In this document: piece by piece, positions 14,010 to 26,968 of the stretch
Numbering within the stretch: the stretch's first letter is position 1
Layout of the letters: every line of letters starts with the position of its first letter
Origin: Octopus vulgaris
Taxonomy: Eukaryota
Direction of reading: 5' to 3'
DNA: 64,000 bases
Assembly (NCBI GenBank): GCA_951406725.2
Contig: OX597825.1
Location: 74,834,001 to 74,898,000 of the forward strand
Notes under the pieces: generated by a model
Databases searched by the model: none
What the model was told of the DNA's origin: nothing
Seen by the model: the letters and a program-made list of their open reading frames with translations, nothing else
Position numbers and translations under genes: made by a program

Positions 14010-14378
14010 TGTTCGTTTGTTTGTTTGTTGAGCGAAGCGGTCTTCGTCCCATTAGTGGGAGAAGTCCGAAACGTGGTCCTTTGCTATTCGTAAGACCCGC
14101 AGAAGAGAAAGCAGGTCACCGAGAGCATCGACGGATGGATGAATGCTCATCCAGACTCAGCGGTTGCCTAGGAAGTCGGGGACAAGAAACAGGAAGAAAG
14201 AGTGAGAGAAAGTTGGAGCGAAAGAGTACAACAGGGGTCACCACCACCCCCTGCCGGAGCCTCATGGAGCTTTAGGTGTTTTCGCTCAATAAACACACAC
14301 AACGCCCGGTCTGGGAATCGAAACCGCGATCCTCCGACAGCGAGTCCGCTGCCCTAATCACTGGGCCATTGCGCCTCC
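14010..14378 (-). mobile_element. tRNA-derived SINE, family C
   Basis: Family C head on minus strand, (AAAC)n tail, 14-bp TSD TTGCAGCTGCTGCT at 13996-14009 and 14379-14392. Confidence 0.88.
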
Positions 14379-14821
14379 TTGCAGCTGCTGCTATGTTTTA
14401 GCTTCAGGTCAGCCCTTTTGAAACAAATCTAAAACTAAAGGCGATCCAGTCCAAAAGTTTCTAAAACACCATTTCATGTGCCATTCCTGTTTTAAGACGG
14501 TAGAATAGGTTTTGGGGTTGACTTGGCTGCAATTTCTATCAGGCTGAGCAACTCTGTAGAGGCACTCTGTAGAGGTGCTCTGTAGAGGCACTCTGTTGAT
14601 GATGATGTTTAGGCCCGGGTCAGCTCTACTGTTTTTAGCGGATCGAGCAACCAAGTAAAGACTTCGTGTTATTAATACCGTTTCTGGTGCATTGATGATT
14701 CCATTGCTGTATTACCATAAATCTGAGATTCTTCAAGATAAATGTAACCGTTTCACATACTTAGAAAATAGACAAATAACAAAGGGAGTTTATCATCAAG
14801 CAATATTAAAGTTTTCAATTA

Positions 14822-15220
14822 GGCAGCGAGCTGGCAGAATCGTTAGCACGACACGCAAAATGCTTAGCGGAATTTCGTCTGCAGCTGGACTTTGCCTTTC
14901 ATCCTCTCGGGGTCGATAAATTAAGTACCAGTTACGCACTGGGGTCTATCTAATCGACTTAATCCCTTTGTCTGTCCTTGTTTGTCCCCTCTATGTTTAG
15001 CTCCTTGTGAGCAATAAAGAAATAAGAATCGTTAGCACGACACGCAAATTGCTTAGCGGAATTTCGACCGTCTTTACGTTCTGAGCTCATCCCCATAGAA
15101 GCTGACTTACCCTTTCAGGGTACCATATAAAATAAGTACCAGTTGTTCAGTGAAGTCGATGTAATCTACTTAACCCCCGCTTCGGATTTGCTGGCCTTGT
15201 GCCAAAATTTGAAGCCAATG
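14822..15220 (+). mobile_element. SINE family A, two tandem/partial copies
   Basis: Family A head and core repeated twice. Confidence 0.8.
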
Positions 15221-15295
15221 TTATCAATCGCAAGTGTTTTTCTTCTATTTTTATGAACAGCGAAGTTTCTGCACCAAAATATATAAAACTGTTGG

Positions 15296-16017
15296 CAAGG
15301 CTGCGGGGCTAAGGAGTCTCGCTTTGTAGCCACCTAGCTTTGGGTTCAGTTCCACTGCGCGGTCCCTTGGTCAAGTGCCTTCTGATATAGCCCTAGGCCT
15401 TGTGAGAGAATGTTTTAGACGGATACTGCATCAAATCCCGTCGTGTATATATACACACACGCACACATGCACGCACGCATGCACACACACACATATACAT
15501 ACATTCATGCATACATACACACATACACACACGTACATACGTATGTACGTAGATACATACATACATACATACACACACACATACATATATACACACACTT
15601 ACGTACGTACATACATACACACACATACGTACGTATGTACGTACATGCATACATACATACACACACACATACATACACACACATACGTACGTATGTATGT
15701 ACATAAATACATACATACATACATACATACATACATACATACATACATACATACATACATACATACATACGTGTGCGTATGCATAAATGTGTGTATGTGT
15801 GTGTGTGTGTATGTGTGTGTGTGTGTGTGTGTGTGTATTTATGTTTAAGTTCGTCTTCACATTCACACACCGCTTGGCAACCACTGTTGGTTTACCCTCT
15901 CCTTAACTTAGCAGTTCAGCAATAGAGAACGACAAAATAAGTACTGAGATCGATTTTTTTCAACAAAGCCTTGAAGGAGGTGCTCCAGCATGGTCACAGT
16001 GAAATGACTAAAACAAG
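15296..16017 (+). mobile_element. tRNA-derived SINE family B (CORE-like) with expanded internal microsatellite
   Basis: GGTTCAGTTCCACTGCG..CTTGGTCAAGTG head, about 400 bp (CATA)/(CA)/(TG) centre, tail GGTGCTCCAGCATGGTCACAGT..ATGACTAAAACAAG. Confidence 0.75.
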
Positions 16018-16800
16018 AATAACATTTCCGATGAAACATTTTTGCCAATTATTTCAGAAAATGCACGGATGGACCTACAAGACAACCCCTAGAAATAGTA
16101 GCTAAAATTCTCTCAAATCAAAGAGTAGTCTCTCTGCATTAGAAGTTATAATATTTTCTGATGAGACATCTTTGCCAATGATTTAAACACACACATATAT
16201 AAATCAACGAGAAAGCTCCTATGGGGATGCTGTTCATACTAGAAATAGCAGCTAATCTCTCTAATCAAACAGCAACCTCCTTACGCCAAAACATATTTTT
16301 TTATGTTTTCCGATGTAATATCTCGACCAACAATTTAAACACACGCACGGGGGAACCCTACGAATGTACCCCTTTTGTGGTCATGTGATTTGCTAGAAAT
16401 CACACCCAACCGTCTTTATAACAGGGTACTTTGGATAATGTTGACCTGAAATCCATGCACATAAGAAAAACGACGGGATAGCCACGCCTGAAAAGCTTTT
16501 GCTCATAGGTTTCCAAGATCAATATTGCTAAACAACAAGCAAGTGCATATTTTGTAATAAAATGTGTTATTCTCTATATACTGCTAAAAAGATGGCATGG
16601 TCACGACTGGAATACGTCGGTTAATGGGTTTCCTCGATCGGAGCTATCCTGGAAGTAAACAACAATCATACAATACAAGGAAAAATATTGGCAAACATGA
16701 TTCTCTTTTTCCTACACACGACAATAATTGCTTCTACTTTCTTGCCAAACGAAGACACATCAAATACCATTTTAGTAGTTTATAAATTATAGATTATACA

Positions 16801-16901
<101 letters not shown>

Positions 16902-16966
16902 GGTCCCGGGTTGAGTCGGGGTTAACCACAGTAAATAAGGTACTCAATACATAGCAGAGTAAATTA

Positions 16967-17089
16967 ATTTATTTTGTAGAAGGAGCTTCTACAGAACTAG
17001 ACTGTTTCATTCAAAAGAAATCATCAGAGCTTCCTGATGATTTCTTTTGAATGAAATAGTCCTAGTTCTGTAGAAGCTCCTTCTACAAA

Positions 17090-17095
<6 letters not shown>
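16967..17095. repeat. Near-perfect fold-back palindrome of a Penelope-like terminus
   Basis: About 60-bp arms ATTTATTTTGTAGAAGGAGCTTCTACAGAACTAG.. / ..CTAGTTCTGTAGAAGCTCCTTCTACAAAATAAAT, between two (TA)n tracts. Confidence 0.9.
17027..17079 (+). ncRNA. Type I hammerhead ribozyme motif
   Basis: Stem I GAGCTTC/GAAGCTC, CTGATGA, stem II T-TTC(TTTT)GAA-T, GAAA, stem III TAG(TCCTAGTT)CTG, GTA cleavage triplet. Stem II is weak with a U-U closing position. Confidence 0.7.
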
Positions 17096-17169
<74 letters not shown>

Positions 17170-17614
17170 ACACACACTTATACACACATATAGGACGGAC
17201 TTCTTTCAGTTTCCGTTTACTAAATACACTCACAGAGCTATAGTAGAAAACTCTTGTTGAAGACGCCATGCAGTGAGATTGAACCAAAAGCCATGTGGTT
17301 GAGATGCAAATATTTTAAGAGCCATCAGGAATTATGACTTCCCTGTTTTGTACTTCTGCGCTACTAACTTAACAAACAATAGAAAGTACACCGAGTTCAT
17401 CTGCTTGTGGTGATTACAGCTACTTCAATGTTGGAAACCCTTCTGTGTCTTTAATCGTTGTTTCAGGGTCTAGAACGTTGTGCATGTGTGTGTGTGTGTA
17501 TTTTCAAATCTATTGCTTCATAAATCGAGAGAGACGGAAAGAAAGAGAGAGAAAGAGAGGGAGAAGGAAAGGGTGACACGGAGAAGGAAAGTGTGAGAGA
17601 TAAATATATATTCT

Positions 17615-17670
<56 letters not shown>

Positions 17671-17739
17671 GTTTCTTTATTGGCCACACAGGGCTGCACA
17701 CAGATGGGACAAGTTACAAGGTAGAGCTTTTCTTTTAGA

Positions 17740-17832
<93 letters not shown>

Positions 17833-18016
17833 TCCTATATATATAAATACATATATAATATATATATATAATTATACATACATTTATGTATATATAGAGA
17901 GAGCGAGAGACAGAGACAGAGAGAGTGAAAGAGTGATAAATAATTAAATATATATGTATGTACGTATGCATGTATATACATACATATATATGTATATATA
18001 TGCACATATATATATG

Positions 18017-18059
<43 letters not shown>

Positions 18060-18215
18060 TTATGCGTATACATATATGCATACACACACACACACACACA
18101 CACACATTCTAAGAGATAGGGAGCTTCCGAGTGATCGCAGGAGGCAACATGGGGTTCCGCCACATGGTCATTACTTATCAATAAAATAAAACGGCTACGA
18201 TTGAAACGGCTTTAA

Positions 18216-18500
18216 CCCTTTAGCATTCAAACCGGCCATATCTGTCCAAAATATTTAACCTGTTTTATATTGAAACTGACCAGCTCTCGCCTCTCACCTC
18301 AGCCCTACAATGTCATTCTAAAACTAAAAAAATCACATCACTGAAATCTCTAAACTACAAGATAATGCAGGCATAATTCAAACCATTTTAAATAAACAAA
18401 CATCACATTAAGGCCCTCATGCTTCCCGAAATCCGTCGAAACTACACCTGATTATATATACACTTTAGATGAGTTGTAGTGCACCTGAGCACTGTACACA

Positions 18501-18542
<42 letters not shown>

Positions 18543-18569
18543 TGATAGAATAATCTGAACACTAAAGGG
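18216..18569. mobile_element. piggyBac-type MITE
   Basis: TTAA on both sides; TIRs CCCTTTAGCATTCA / TGAACACTAAAGGG. Confidence 0.8.
18408..18540 (+). mobile_element. CR1-like LINE extreme 3' end nested in the MITE
   Basis: Matches the 3' end of the LINE at 53921-54303; (TTA)n tail. Confidence 0.8.
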
Positions 18570-19585
18570 TTAATCATAAGACCCTCGATTCAACTCTGTC
18601 ATGGTGATCGACAAGAGTAACAGCGTTTATTCCTTAAAGTGCTCTTTGCCATTTCGCATCTTGACACACTTACAAAATAGAGATGACAGCTCTTTTCTTT
18701 TTTTTTGTCGTTTTTTTGTCGTTTTTTTGTCTTATCTCGTAATTTAAGAAAAATGTACAAAATCGATTGTCTTTTATTGATTTTATACTCTGTTGCCTCT
18801 GACACAGAAATTTTTCGATTGACAATTCAATTAAAGCCTTCAGTCATCGCTGCACTAAAGACAACGCAAAACTATTGAATGGGCCTCTATGTGGTCGATC
18901 GTCTTTGCTAAATACTGACTTCAAATTTTGGCATAAGGCCGGCAATTTTGCGGAGGGGGATTGGTCGATTAAATCGAACCCAGCTGGTACTTGTTTTATC
19001 GACACCAAATGGCAAAGACGACCTAGGTGGAATTTGAACGGAGAACGCAAAGACGGGCAAAATGCTCCTATCGTTAGTACGCCGGGAAAATGCTTAGGAG
19101 CATATATATTATATATGTGTATGTGTATATATATATACATATACAAAATAAGAAAATGGAGAAATACATCGAACTCAAATATCAATTACCAGATAATACT
19201 CAATCACATACTTTATTAAACCAAGCAGTATATTGGATATATGTTATCCCATGGAGGGTTGCATTTACAACCCCTATCTCAATTTGTATATATATATATA
19301 TATATATATATTGGTGAAGTGATACGTACTGACCTTTACCCCATATAGAAAGTACGGCAGTTAGTTAAAGATATAGCGAGTTCATCTGCTTGTGGTGACT
19401 ACAGCTACTTCAATGTTGGAAACCCTTCTGTGTCTTTAATCGTTGTTTCAGGGTCTGGAACATTGCGTATGTGTGTGTGCATTTTCAAATCTAATGCTTT
19501 ATAAATCGAGAGAGACGGAGAGAAAGAGAGGGAGAAGGAAAGGGAGTCACGGGGAAGGAAAGTGTGAGAGAAAAATATATATTTT

Positions 19586-19670
<85 letters not shown>

Positions 19671-20590
19671 CATACACACACACACATACACATATACATA
19701 TATTTATATATTCAGTTATGAAGAGATGTTATTAATTGAATCGGTTCCACTTTATTTTTAGAACTTATCAACTTCTGACAGACATTTAATATATAAAGTT
19801 CAACTAAAATGTAAAATGGCGAAACTATATGTGTTTCGTCCGACCTCATCACATTCATCTACCGAGCATATAACTTATTGCCGTAAGTGGATAGTGTAAA
19901 GCGACTTCATATGATGAAGTCCTCAGAATAAGCTCCTAATATGCATCTGCAATTAATAAGACGTTCTCACAAATAATATTGACTCCTTCAAGTTTCTTCT
20001 TTCCCGAAACTGAACTAATTGAACGGACGAAGAAATTTGATTTTCTGCCAAGACGTTCCTCAAAGATCTGGCAATAACCTAATAAGCTACAATTAATTTA
20101 ATAGGATAGAAAATATTTTTCTTTCTTACAGGCAAATTATGGTAATGCTTGTTAAATTTGGCCTAGAAATTTAGGATTCTTATACGTCGCAAATTAATGG
20201 GGTTTGAAATGGTAGTCTCGTGGGTTGTATTAATTCAGCTTTTTGTTAGTTCATTAATGAATATTATCTAAATAACATTATAATTAATGGCTCTTAAATT
20301 TAATCTATAAAAATTACTACTCGGAAAATTGCTATGCCTCAAACATATTCATAGGTGTTTCGGGAATTGTTTATTGAATTAAAATCTAGATAAGTTGATC
20401 TCTCATCTGAAAATAAACAGCCTCCGAAACACCCGAGATAAATCAAAGCCATTATTTAAGACAAAGTCGTTATACATAATGTTAATAACAGAGATTTATA
20501 TAGGACTATAAAATTAAGAAACAACTGAAACAACTGTATACATTTATATTAATATTGGTAATCATTTGAGTTTATATTAATCCATTTTAA

Positions 20591-20812
20591 CCCTTTTGAT
20601 ACCAACCTGGCCAAAACCACCTCTGGCTCTGTAGTACAAATGTCTTGTTTTCATAAGTATTGAATTAAAATCTTCCACCAAACCTTAGGCACAATTTATG
20701 TTCCCAACTCTAGCTTAATGATAACTAAGTTATTTTACTAAATTCTTTGTTATATTTAAAATTAATTGAATGAAATACAGAGCATCTCAAAATAAATACA
20801 GTAATGAAAAGG
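20591..20812. mobile_element. piggyBac-type MITE (second family)
   Basis: TTAA flanks; imperfect TIRs CCCTTTTGATAC / GTAATGAAAAGG. Confidence 0.65.
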
Positions 20813-21184
20813 TTAACCCACTGTCCTCGTTTAAGGACAATTGTATTTAGTTTGTTTACTGTAATAAAGGTTAACTGGACCCTTCCGTATGTTTGTTTTC
20901 CCTATTTATATAACTATTTCCAAAATTTAAACAGGGTTAACCTGGGTTAAAAATGGGTTAATATACACTAATATTAATATTTATATTATTGTTGTCATTC
21001 AAGCGAGAAAATTCTCACGACGCATAGAAGTTGACTCGTCGAGTAATCTATTAATAATCTATTATTTATAGGAAATTGCTCTCGTAAAAAATTGTAGGCC
21101 CGATCCGGCAATGCTTAGTCCGGTCCCCTGCTCAATTTTATTGTGTGTGTTTGTGTGTGTGTGTGTGTGTGCGTGCTACCCATA

Positions 21185-21708
21185 ACTTGTTTTAGTTGTT
21201 GGACTGCGGCCAAATTAGGGTGCCACCTTGAAAGGTTTTAGACAAACAAGTAGATCCCCAGTACATTTTTTAAAGTCTGGTACTTATCCTATCACTTTCT
21301 TTCGCTGAACCGCTAATTTACGGGAACGCAAACAAACCATCACCGGTTATCAAATGGTGAGAGGGAAAACACAAACTCACACGAAGACACACACAAACAC
21401 ACGCATATATATGTGTGTGTGTGTGTGTGTGTATGTGTGTGTGTGTGTTAAATAAAATGAGACAACAAAGCCAATGCAGTGTAAAATTTCTAGGACATTT
21501 ATAGAGAAAGGTAGTCTTACAGGTGTTTCAGGGATGTGAGAGAAATCCCTTCATCAGAGACGATGTGAGAGATCTAACTAGAGGGAAGTAGTGGAGTTCA
21601 ACATAAGAAGTTATAATGTAAGTGATTAGTCAAACTACGGTCCTTCATTAGCACTTACATAGCCTTACCTGCCATTTTGGGTCTTCTGGATACCAAAGCC
21701 TCTCATAA

Positions 21709-21782
<74 letters not shown>

Positions 21783-21955
21783 GCATATATGGGTGCAGGA
21801 CATTACCAACGGTGATGGAGTACAGGAAAAACACAGAGAAAGAATTCTTCATCAGTTGTCGGCTGTCTATCTACTCCTCATTTCGAGCATTCAACGACAA
21901 TATGAGTCTTCAAAGACAGTTGCTCCCATAAATTCTAAAAAATATATACATGTGT

Positions 21956-22017
<62 letters not shown>

Positions 22018-22160
22018 CTTCCACACAATTTCCGTCCGTCGAATCCAGTCATAAGGCATTTGTCGGCCCAGAGTTATAGTAAAAGACATTTACTCAAGAT
22101 ACTGAGCAGTAGGACTGAATCCTAAACCATATGGTCTTATTCACACACTCATGCCTGCGC
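21185..22160 (-). mobile_element. SINE family B interrupted in its microsatellite by other insertions
   Basis: Family B tail at 21185-21360 and head at 22015-22160 on minus strand. Confidence 0.65.
21514..21561 (-). ncRNA. Minimal type I hammerhead ribozyme (canonical core)
   Basis: Minus strand GTCT-CTGATGA-AGGGAT(TTCTCTCAC)ATCCCT-GAAA-CA(CC)TG-TA-AGAC: all conserved core nucleotides, 4-bp stem I, 6-bp stem II, near-palindromic stem III. Confidence 0.82.
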
Positions 22161-23635
22161 CTATAAACATAGAATCGAACCTCAACTTGTCGTGATTAAC
22201 ACTGCATTCATTTGGACAATTTGTTAAATCAGTGGTTGTTAGTGAGTCTATTCTTTTCTCAGCGAACGAAAAATAAAGCTTATGAATCCATATGCTAAAA
22301 GATATAACCTCTTTTCTCTTTGCTTTGTCCATACAAACCAAGTAAAGCAGAGGACTTGGAGGCTTTTTTATTGTTCTTTAAGATATTTTTGTTTCTATTT
22401 TTTTCTCTTTCTCTAATTCACTTTTTTTTTTCTCTAATTCTCTCCGAATTGATTCTGGGAGTAAACAGTGTAAACTTTCTATAAAAAAAAGCATTCGTCT
22501 TCTCAAGAACTGTATGTATTCATTTGGACAATTTTCATCTGCTTTATCGCCCTGAGAACTTTTACTTACTAGGACAGTGTGTGTATGTGTGTGTGTTTAT
22601 ATGTGTGTGTGTGTATGTATATATATGTGTGTGTGTGTGTGTAAGTATATATATGTGTGTGTGTGTGTGTATGTATATATATATATATAAGTGTGTGTGT
22701 GTGTGTGTCTGTATGTATGTGTATCTATATATATATAGAGAGAGAGATGTGCCATGCGTATGAATTTTCCCCACATATGTTTGCATACAAACTTTCCTAA
22801 CACCTCACAATCTTTCCTTTCTCTATTGTAAAAATGTTTGTTATAATGTATATTGACTTCGTTATCCATTAACTTCCGTCTACATTATGGATAAAGTTTT
22901 TTAAAGATTAGTTGTCTTATCTGATGATGTTTAGTTTATGCTTCAGTCCAACCCGCAAAACCAAACAAGTTTGATACCGCTCTCATAGAAGCTTCCATTG
23001 TTAACTCTTTCACTACTGTGATATATATACTTTATATGTAATATTCTTCGTATGTACTTCTCTTCGTGTTTAATAAGTCGGTAATGTAATGATAATTTCG
23101 ATGGTATTCAAATAGTACCTGAGATTATTGAATATCTGACATCTTGTTTCTGGATATATATTGACAGTTTGCATAAAATGTACTTCCATAGTGAAAAAAA
23201 GTTCATTTGACAACAGACTGGCTAAAACAAGTGACGGACGTGGGTAACATTGCTTCATATGTGGCTATCGAAGTTCTTTCACGAAGTCGTGCCTCATTGC
23301 CGTTCTCCATCTGTTTCAATAAACTTTAAACCAAACTCAGCCAAAATTCAATTCCGTAAAAGAACCGCTAATACCAGTGGTTTCAAAACCATTGAATATT
23401 TAGACATCTTCATAAAGCGGAAGAAACCACACTAATAACGCAGTGGTATGACAAGCGGCGAAAGAAATCACTGAGATAAAGTGTCCCGAACTCCAAGGAC
23501 TCAAGGCTTAGGGTTTTGCTATCGATACGAAATAAATTGATTAGATCCAAAATAGACACTAGACACGAGGCAAATTTGATTGATCATCGGGTAACACGGA
23601 AACCTTTGGGTATTCAGTGAAACAAGTAAGTCCAT

Positions 23636-23985
23636 GCGGTGAGCTGGCAGAAACGTTAGCGCACCGGGTAAAATGCTTAGCGGTATTTCGTCTGCCGCTA
23701 CGTTCTGAGTTCAAATTCCGCCGAGGTCGACTTTGCCTTTCATCCTTCCGGGGTCGATTGAATAAGTACCAGTTACGCACTGGGGTCGATGTAATTGACT
23801 TAATCCCTTTGCCTGTCCTTGTTTGTCCTCTCTATGTTTAGCTCCTTGTGGGCAGTAAAGAAATAAGAAACGTTAGCGCGTCGGGTGAAATGCTTAGCGG
23901 TATTTCGTCTGCCACTACGTTCTGAGTTCAAATTCCGCCGAGGTCGACTTTGCCTTTCATCCTTTCGGGCAGTAAAGAAATAAAT
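23636..23985 (+). mobile_element. SINE family A, full copy plus tandem partial copy
   Basis: Family A consensus with CpGs intact. Confidence 0.9.
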
Positions 23986-25503
23986 AAAAAAAGTCCATAT
24001 GAATACAACCAATCGATAGATTTTCGTATTGATATTTGCATATATCAGTGTTTTCTCTCAACACCTCCGCTGTTTGTGATTCACTGTTATTCGCTAAATT
24101 GTCAACGTTAGAAATCGAAAAAATGTCCTGCATGAATGTATATCAAGATATAACACAACGAAAAGTCTCTACAACTGCCAAAATCTAAACCACCCAAAGG
24201 CAATGATAAAGAAGTTTATATACAGATAAGAACATTTAACAAATCAACATTACATATTTTTCTCCATTTTTTTCTTTGCATCACAGCTATGTCAAAATCT
24301 CCAACCATTACTAACAGTTGTTTACTCCTCTGGAATAATTCTCACTGTGCCATTATGTCCCCAGGTTATTTCCACAGTAGCCTGGCCACCAATCTCCGAC
24401 AGTAACTAATTTTACAATTCTTTAAAACTGTAGCCCCCTGGAATTCTTTCTCTACCTTAGTTGTTTTTCTACAGATAAGAAGTGACAAAAATTTAAACTA
24501 AATAATGATCACGATAACTTCATCAGTATGGTACCCTTTGAAACTATCAAGGACACTTCACATGACCCTTATTTGATTAAATAATTCTTTCTGACTTAGA
24601 TACAGGGTACCAAATTTGGGGAAAGGATTAGTCGATTATTCTATCCACCCTGCGGGCTGGAAGGCGGAATTTGAACTTAAAACATAAAGAGCCGGGTCAA
24701 ATACCGCAAGTAATTTTGTCCGATATTCTGTCAATCCATAGTCCTCATATAGATCAATACTAATTTCTAATTTAGGTACATGAACAGCCGTTTGCAGAGG
24801 AGAGCTTAGTCCATTACCATGATCTCATTTCTTGTTTGATGTTTATTTTATCAACCCCCAGAAATATAAATGGCAAATTTGACTTCGGTGGAATTTGAAA
24901 TCAGAACGTTAAGAACCAGAAGAAATACTTCTCTAAGAATTTTGCCAGTAAATTTCCTTCATTTAACTAAATAAGAGTTTCTGATTTAGGCTTAAGGTTT
25001 GCAATTTTGATGAGAGGAGTTAGTCGATGCCATCGACCCTTGTATTTGAGTAGTATATTGTTTTATCAATTCTCGTAAGGATGAAAGGCAAAGATGACCT
25101 CGGAGTGATTTGAATCTAAGACACGAAGAAAAGAAAAAACTTTTTCAAGGTATTTTCCGAAGCCCTAACAGTTGTGTCAGCTCACCCAGCCCTGATAGGA
25201 TGAAAGGCAAATGTGGCCTCGGCGGGTTTTGAATCCAAAACGTAAGGAGCCGAAAGAAATGCCAGAGGGAATTTTTTCCGATGCTCTGACGATACTACCA
25301 TCTCGCCAAAAACAACTGTTTGCTTAAAATGTGACATACACATCATGTACTCAGAAAGTAATATAAACACGTATACATACGCATTTATATACATACACAA
25401 AACACACATACAGGTATAAATACACGTACATGTTCACATACATCATCATCATCATCAGAAATAATCCGTCGATAGTCGACGATGACTGTCCATATGAAAT
25501 ACC

Positions 25504-25735
25504 TATTTCTTTACTACCCACAAGGGGCTAAACACAGAGAGGACAAACAAGGACAGACAAACGGATTAAGTCGATTACATCGACCCCAGTGCGTAACTGG
25601 TACTTATTTAATCGACCTCAAAAGGATGAAAGGCAAAGTCGACCTCGGCGGAATTTGAACTCAGAACGTAACGGTAGACGAAATACCGCTAAGCATTTCG
25701 TCCAGCGTGCTAACGTTTCTGCCAGTTCGCCGCCT
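25504..25735 (-). mobile_element. SINE family A, full length
   Basis: 17-bp TSD TGTCCATATGAAATACC at 25487-25503 and 25736-25752. Confidence 0.92.
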
Positions 25736-26393
25736 TGTCCATATGAAATACCGCGGGACGTAGTGTGAGGAGTGAGTCGATCATTTATATAGGTTTCTAG
25801 CCTTGATCTAGCTGCAGATATCGATATCCAATCATTTCATGTTACTTTTAGTGACTCGTTTGTATCGCAACCAATTACGATTTCGCAAGAGATTGTTTTT
25901 CCTGTTATACACGGCCAGACCAGTGGAGAATTCTTTGCAATAATATCTCTAATATCTCATTCCATTCTAGGAAATTTAGCTGTCCCTAGGATTAAACAAT
26001 TGCTAAACTCTTCTTTCCGTTTGATGTTCATGATTGCCCGTTGGTGCTTCATCATAAATGCAAGCAGATATTCTTTTATTATTTTCTGATTATGGTGTTT
26101 CGTTCACGTCTCAAATCTGTACTATAAAACGAATAGTACTTTTGCTCCGTATACTTTACATATATACACACACACACATAGCTACGGACAAAGACGCATA
26201 TGTGCGTACATACAAACATATACACGGACATACATATATATACAGACATATATATAAGTACACACATACATACCGGCAGACAGACAAGCATGCATGCAAG
26301 CAGACGACAGACAGACAAGCATGCATGCAAGCAGACGACAGACAGACATATATACAATGACACATATATGCATATGTTAAACGTAGTGAACTT

Positions 26394-26908
26394 ATATTGT
26401 TGTTTAGGAGAGAAAAGAAAATATACCTTCCGTAATAGAGGTCAGCTGCCCTGCTAATGTGAAACCTCCAACTTCTGTATTCAGATTATAAATTCACATT
26501 CATACTAATAATAATTGGTGCACTTGGTTTTGATTTTGTGATAAAATGCTTAAGTGGCAATCTGGATGTGATGGGATTTTCAGAAAAGAAAAAAAAAAAA
26601 AATTGGTAAATGAATTAAGTGCGAACTGAAGAAAAATATGAACGGTAATGAAAATGCAGACGACAGAAAAAAAAGACATAAAAATATAAAAAGGAAGTTA
26701 AAAACTATGTATGTAGACAGTGCACAGTGTATGTGTGTGTAAATGTGGATGTAGAAATATGTATGGTGTATGTATTTATCCATTCATTTATACGTGATAA
26801 ATAGATTTGAAAAACATAAAAATAAGAAAAATCCAGCAAAAACATTTATGTAGGTACAGGTATGTTTGTATATGTGTATATACAAATGTGTATTTTTGTG
26901 TGCGAGTG

Positions 26909-26968
<60 letters not shown>

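Noticed and set aside
19820-19855. Hammerhead-like GTGATGAG-GTCGGAC-GAAAC on minus strand
   Set aside because: Stem II loop impossible and stem I unpaired; at best a heavily decayed relic.
21860-21922. Hammerhead-like CTGTCT-TTGAAGA...GAAA...AGACAG on minus strand
   Set aside because: Stem I is present but core and stems II/III do not fit cleanly.
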